This document shows positions 59,001 to 64,000 of a DNA stretch of 64,000 nucleotides, in pieces (the stretch's first letter is position 1; each line of letters begins with the position of its first letter). Both the position numbers and the translations under genes were made by a program. Origin of the DNA: Octopus bimaculoides (lineage: Eukaryota); NCBI RefSeq assembly GCF_001194135.2, contig NC_068991.1:6454616-6518615 (forward strand). The letters run 5' to 3'. The notes under the pieces are model-generated. The model saw nothing but the letters and a program-made list of their open reading frames with translations, made no database searches and was not told where the DNA came from.

Positions 59001-62000
59001 AAAAAAATGGTAGGATGGTCATGATTGGAATCCTTTTGATCATGACTGACCTGGGGTTAAACTACAATGCTACACCTCTACCTCTTACAATCTTATACAC
59101 TATAAATTCAAATATATAGATTTGTATTTACAAACCCGAAGCCCTTTGCCAATAGCGATGGCACCTCTCAGTCGGATATAGTTCCACGACAGGTCAAATT
59201 GCTGCAGATATTCATTGGAACCTGTGAAAAGAATGAGAGGAACATGGAAAATTTTGTCTGTCTTTATTTTCAATATTCTGACAAGTTTCTATAATTTTGG
59301 TGTTAAGGACTCCAGAGATAATGTCTTAGATGTACAATGTATGAAAATCTGAAGGGATGGTCATAACTGGAATGTTTTTGATGAAACACAAATTTGTCTT
59401 ATTCGGGGTTGATCTGAGGTTAAAAAACGACAACAAAGCTTGAACTAATGAGGACAGCTACTCTAGAGAGTAACTCGACCTGCTAGAAATAGCAGCCAAT
59501 TTTCTCTCTCACAATCATAACTTGTCCCCTTAGAAAAGAAGTGATGGTACATTGGATAATGTAGTCCTTGATGGATTTTACTTGTATCTCAATTTCTCTT
59601 GAGAAAGATAGTATAATACAATATTATATAGAGATCCAAGAAGGTAGCCTCTACATAGGAACAGTCTGCTCATGAAACTAATGTGCAAGTGGCTGAGTAC
59701 TCCACAGACATGTGTATAATTAATGTGCAAGTGGCTGAGCACTTCCCCGACATGTACAATTAATGTGCAAGTGGTTGAGCACTCCACAGATGTATACAAT
59801 TAATGTGCAAGTGGCTGAGTACTACACAGGCACAGTTTACAATAGCTACACCACTGCTTATCACTTACCCATGCACCTTCACTGGAGTCTAGATACATAT
59901 CAAGTGGACCGACTGACTATATTGGCCCCAACAACAGTTGAAGAAAGAACCCATGTTAGAGGATCTACTTACCTATCGCTACACCGAATATCTCTCCACC
60001 ATTTTCGCCAAGTCTGTTTTTGCTCAAGTCGATGCTTTCTAAATATTTATTTTTCTGCAGAAAAAGAATACAAGAACTCAATCAGTAAACAAATATTTTT
60101 CAATGCCAAGCTTTGTTTATTTTATATCATCTACAGAGAAGGTACAACAAATAACTGCAGACATTGTGATAGTGGTAGTAATGAGGGGGGATGGAAGTTG
60201 TTGTTTCCCCATCAAGTTAGAATTTATTGAGCAGACCTATGACTAAAGGCATTCCATTTATGACCATCAGGCCTCTTTTTTTTTTTTTTTTTTTTTTTTT
60301 ATAAATAGTTGAGGTGATCTGAGGGCAGTTTTGATTGATATTTCTATCGTGCAACCATTTTGAGACACTGTCATTATATCATCAACTCAATGGTCTCAGG
60401 TTTAAATTACATCTATTTTCATTGAGTATTTGAGCTGTAACATTTAATTCTACATTGCTTCAGTGTACCCATATCTCAGGAATAAATGCCAGACCCCATT
60501 GGAGTTTTTCTTATGATAGAATGGTGCCTTTTCTTGGAGGAAAACTAATCTTTCCTTTGCATGCTTTAAAATAATGAAACTTGAGTTTTCTTTATTAAAC
60601 TGTACTTACCTCCAGAGCATTCATTAATTGTTCAAGCACAGAATCTTCAAGACGGTTACCTAGCAAATCATTAAAATTATTTGTTGATATTCAATTGTTT
60701 CACATGAAATGTTGTATTTGAAAGGTATAAAAAGCTCAAAATGCTTAGATAAATGATGATCAATAGGAGAGATATTAGGAGAATAAGTGGGAGGATGTTG
60801 CAAAATCTCATAATTCAGGTTTTGCAACTTTTGGATCATAGCTTGAGGAGTGTGAGGATGTGAATTGTTGTGGAGCAAAATTGGGCCATCTCTATTCTCT
60901 AGTCTGGGTTGCTTCTTTTTCAAATTCTCATGCATACAATCAGTTTCCTGGCAATACAATGTTGCTGTTACCGTTTTTCCTTGATGCAAAAATGAATAAT
61001 GAATAACTCCCTTCACAGACTACCATACAGTGACCAGTAACATATTAGGGTGCAATGGTGGGTTTGGATAGTGTTTAGGTGACTCTCCTGCATCTAATCA
61101 CTGTCCTGTTCTCCTGCTGTTGTCAAAGAGTATCCATTTCTCATCACAAGTAATGATTTGATGCAAAAATGGTATTTTTCCAGTCGAGAAAGCAATAAGG
61201 AACACACTTCAAGGCGTCTGTTTTTTTGAATCTCGTTCAGTTGATGTGGAACAAACCTATCCGTTTTCTTGACTTTTCCAATTTTTTACAAGTGTCCACA
61301 AACAATTGTGCGAGATGTTTGGAGCTCTGATGAAAGTTTTCGAACCTTTGTTCTTGGATTTTGTTCAACCAAAGCATTTAATCTATCATGCCAAATAACT
61401 GATTTTGGCCTACCCCTTGGTTTATTTTCAAGGCTATCATCTCTTGAACGAGAGCTTTGGAACCATCTGTGAACAGTTCTAATGTCAACAAAACCATTAC
61501 CAAAGGCCCGCTTGCTATTCTGTAGAGCTTCTGCGGCAGAGTGACCCAGTTTGTACTCATACGAGAAAAACACTCAACTTCCTGGGTTCCCCACCCTTCA
61601 GATACAGTAAATAAATAATAAACATAACAAAGGGAAGTTCAATTACTTTTCTGATAAAGGATTTTCTTTTTCTTTCATTTGTTTCAGTGATTTGACTGCG
61701 GCCATGCTGGAGCACCGCCTTTAGTTGAACAAATCAACCCCAGGACTTATTCTTTGTAAGCCTAGTACTTATGCTATCAGGCTCTTTTGCCAAACCGCTA
61801 AGTGACGGGGATGTAAACACACAAACATATATATATATATATATATATACACAACGGGCTTCTTTCAGTTTCCTTCTGTCAAATCCACTCACAAGGCTTT
61901 GGTCAGCTTGAGGCTATAGTAGAAGACTAGGTGCCACACAGTGGGACTGAACCCGGAACCGTGTGGCTGGGAGGCAAGCTCCTTACCACACAGCCACTCC

Positions 62001-62136
62001 TGCGCCTAAAATATTAATATTTTGTAGAAAATTAACATTTACCTGATAGATTTAAACTGCGGAGTCCTTTATTGCAGCAGAGCATCTTGGCTATGTGTGT
62101 GATACCAGCAGGACCAACCTGGTTGTTGGACAAATT
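53064..62136 (-). CDS. LRRC74A/B-like leucine-rich repeat protein with C-terminal EF-hand-like region; 5'-partial
   Basis: Minus-strand exons: 62136-62043 (NLSNNQVGPAGITHIAKMLCCNKGLRSLNLS), 60659-60610 (GNRLEDSVLEQLMNALE), 60054-59973 (KNKYLESIDLSKNRLGENGGEIFGVAI), 59221-59136 (GSNEYLQQFDLSWNYIRLRGAIAIGKGLR), 58492-58298 (DNIRLKRCNLAFNGFG..ETLQILQ), 56257-56162 (LGKNPISTTGA..LDLT), 55007-54726 (DVSVEYEF..KYDTEGNFTITPEDFIAAVK), 53790-53705 (ECALEIDTKDLMQTLKAIAKEGSGKIYFG), 53094-53064 (DLATEAHKD*). These are RI-like 28-aa LRRs with consistent phases. The family call is from recalled architecture. I found no upstream exons inside the window. Confidence 0.85.
53405..53665 (-). mobile_element. RTE LINE fragment (region preceding the RT domain)
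   Basis: MDDGSLALNEAAKREVLRRHYERLLNKENEWEKE. A piece of the same family ([11 protein letters not shown]) lies at ~16900-17010(+). Confidence 0.7.
55188..55423. mobile_element. hAT/Charlie-type MITE with a degenerate 8-bp target duplication
   Basis: ATTTAGAA|TAGTGTTTCTCAAC...GTTGAGAATCACTG|TTTTAGAG. Confidence 0.65.
55677..55893. mobile_element. mariner-type MITE, 217 bp, TA target duplication
   Basis: TA|CAAGGGGGTGCTGAAAAGTTCCTAGCTTT...AAAGCCAGGAACTTTTCAGCACCCCCTTG|TA; partial copy at ~48618-48830. Confidence 0.88.
57214..57983. repeat. Two interleaved inverted repeat pairs
   Basis: A 57214-57366 pairs with A' 57768-57918; B 57688-57760 pairs with B' 57911-57983. Confidence 0.88.
57991..58133 (+). 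mobile_element. SINE family C, truncated young copy
   Basis: GGCGTTAGGAAGGGCATCC...GGACGTTAAACGATGATGATGAT. Confidence 0.85.
58730..59050 (-). mobile_element. CR1/L2-group LINE 3' fragment
   Basis: GPDLFTTIPNYMK..FKSSLDKFLQKILDQP, the same terminal motif as the 7.5-9 kb LINE. Confidence 0.7.
59679..59843. repeat. 40-42-bp minisatellite, 4 copies
   Basis: TAATGTGCAAGTGG(C/T)TGAG units start at 59679, 59721, 59761 and 59801. Confidence 0.92.
60700..61575 (-). mobile_element. Defective mariner transposase remnant in an LRRC74-like intron
   Basis: HTH region YKLGHSAAEA..RTVHRWF..PRGRP, then IITCDEKW, LLHNNSHPH (cf. HDNARPH), HPPTYSPNISPID (cf. YSPDLAPSD). Contains stops and frameshifts. Confidence 0.9.
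61668..62007 (-). mobile_element. SINE family A, near full length
   Basis: Highly similar to 16297-16679. Confidence 0.85.
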
Positions 62137-63734
62137 CTGAAATATGAGCCAAGCAAATAATTATTCAATTTAGTAAGTTACAAAAAAGTGGGTGGTATAC
62201 ATGCTAGTTAACTCAGAGCTGGGACCCTAACAAGTGCTACAACTCTATGTCAGAGTGGACCTGGGAACAATAATGGTTAAAAGGTGGTTCCACACTCTAC
62301 AAGGACCTGGAACTCCCGTACCAAGGCCTCACTACCAAATGCAGTTTGATTTTTCACCAAAACGTACTGTCATCAAAATAGGTTGAGTGTCCAGTCAACA
62401 TTGCCAAATCATCAGTGGCCAAACAGCCACGCCCGATTGTCTCATTCTGATATTTTTGTTGACCCCACAAAAGGATGAAAGGTAAAGTCCACCTTGGAAG
62501 GATGTGAACATTGAGACCTGTTTCATCCATGATCAAAACTGATCCAATGCAGAGAATTGAAACAGTTTTGATTATAAATCAGTTTGATAATGGCCGAGCT
62601 GAGTCTAATCAACAATTGTGTTCTCTGTATAGATAAAACACAGCACACGCTTCCTTACTGTGTGCAGTTGTGTGATTGAGTCATCGCTGAAGACTCCATT
62701 GTCAAGTAAGGATTTGTAACGTAGATAAAGGATTAATTGTAATGTGAATGATAATGAGACTGTTTCCAGAGATAACAATGAGAATAACTCCTATATCCAA
62801 AGTCTTTTTTGAATATGTTATGAAGAATATGATGTTGATTACAATGGATTTAAACAAAGCATGTGAAAAGATAGCTCAGTATAAAAATAGCAGCACAGTT
62901 CAGTGTGTGACAAGAATGAAGGTACATACAAAATAACCATGTTATTGAGATATAGAAATACATAAATGTTACTGTTTATAATGCTATAAATGATAGCATT
63001 GTGTCCCTACTACTATCCCTTATCACCTCCGCCTTTCCTCCACCTCCCCTTCATTTTCCCTCCACAAAACTGATATTCACTTCATCCACCTCGGTCCCCA
63101 TCTCTAATCATGTCACACCCTTACCCACCCACCCATCTTGTCTGTTCCTCCTCCTCCAACTAATTCAAAACAGTGTGAATAAATAAGCATTACATTTGTG
63201 GCAAAGGAATCTGAATGCTAAAGGGTTAATTTTCTTGGAATTATTGTTATCAAATGTCCCCAGGATCAGTGAATCACGATTTAAACATAATTTAAACTTA
63301 AAATCCTACACAGTGGCATCCAACTTAGCACCTCATGGCTAAAAAACAAGGTTCTTATCTGCACACCAAAAATGTTTGGGAACCACTGCTGTAATGGAAT
63401 AAATAATTAACTTAACAGATTTATTAAAATAATATTAGACATTGACAAATATTTTCTTTTCCTCAGCGCAATAAGTATTCCTTATCAGCATTCTTAATGC
63501 TCCAAGCAGTTAATAAGACAATACTAACCGCACTATTATTTTCTGGGTAAACAGCAAATCTGCATAATTTCTCTCTGTTAATTTATAATCTAAATTAAAA
63601 ATGGTTGCTGATTACTTATGATGACGGCAGTTCTTAGTTGGCCGTGAGTGACCAAATCAGCATGAGCAACTGAAGCATAACCAGGGAAAACGTGTCTTAT
63701 AGTTTTAGGACATCATTCAGAGTCAAAGGAACAA

Positions 63735-64000
63735 TTGTGACTGAGTGGTAACAAATTTGCTTCCGAACAACATGGTTCTGTGTTCAATACCACTGTGTGG
63801 CATTTTTGGCAAGTGTTTATGATAGCTTCGGAGCCAACCAAAACCTTGTGAGTTGATTCAGTCAATGGAAACTGAAAGAAGCTCATTGTGTTTATATATC
63901 TGTGTGAGTGAGTGTCTTTGAGTCTGTGTTTGTCTCCCAAGACTTTGGTTGGCTCAAGGATATAGAAGACACTTGCCCAAGGTGCCATGCAGTGGGACTG
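63735..64000. mobile_element. Two partial family A SINEs in opposite orientation, the second cut by the window end
   Basis: CCACTGTGTGGCATTTTTGGCAAGTG (+), then GAAGACACTTGCCCAAGGTGCCATGCAGTGGGACTG (-). Confidence 0.7.

Noticed and set aside
62633-63546. Plus-strand exon-like pieces (62633-62705, 63467-63546) suggesting a nested gene
   Set aside because: The phases cannot be joined without a stop and no protein similarity is recognisable.

Overview
AT-rich, repeat-dense, intron-rich animal genomic DNA with four assembly gaps. The SINE/RTE-LINE content suggests a coleoid cephalopod such as Octopus (inference). I reconstructed three spliced genes by hand from GT-AG sites, phase and protein similarity. 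(1) PARP1 (+, 12165-39199) has 27 visible coding exons and all domains: ZnF1, ZnF2, NLS, ZnF3, BRCT, WGR, helical domain and the catalytic H-Y-E triad. One exon runs into an N gap, and the last intron is a U12-type intron that splits the catalytic Glu codon. (2) LIN52 (+, 44137-51465) has 6 exons and encodes 116 aa. (3) The 3' part of an LRRC74-like LRR/EF-hand gene (-, 53064-62136) has 9 exons and converges on LIN52. The rest is SINEs, decayed RTE and CR1-like LINEs, a mariner remnant, TA/TTAA/8-bp-TSD MITEs, minisatellites and several inverted repeats. One of these is a 133-bp near-perfect palindrome about 270 bp upstream of the PARP1 ATG. Most of the supplied ORF track is spurious (gaps, microsatellites, antisense frames, SINE tandem units). 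I found no evidence of a wholly new multi-gene system. The best leads are regulatory or structural: the U12 intron, the promoter palindrome, an apparently relocated caspase site and the crossing inverted repeats.
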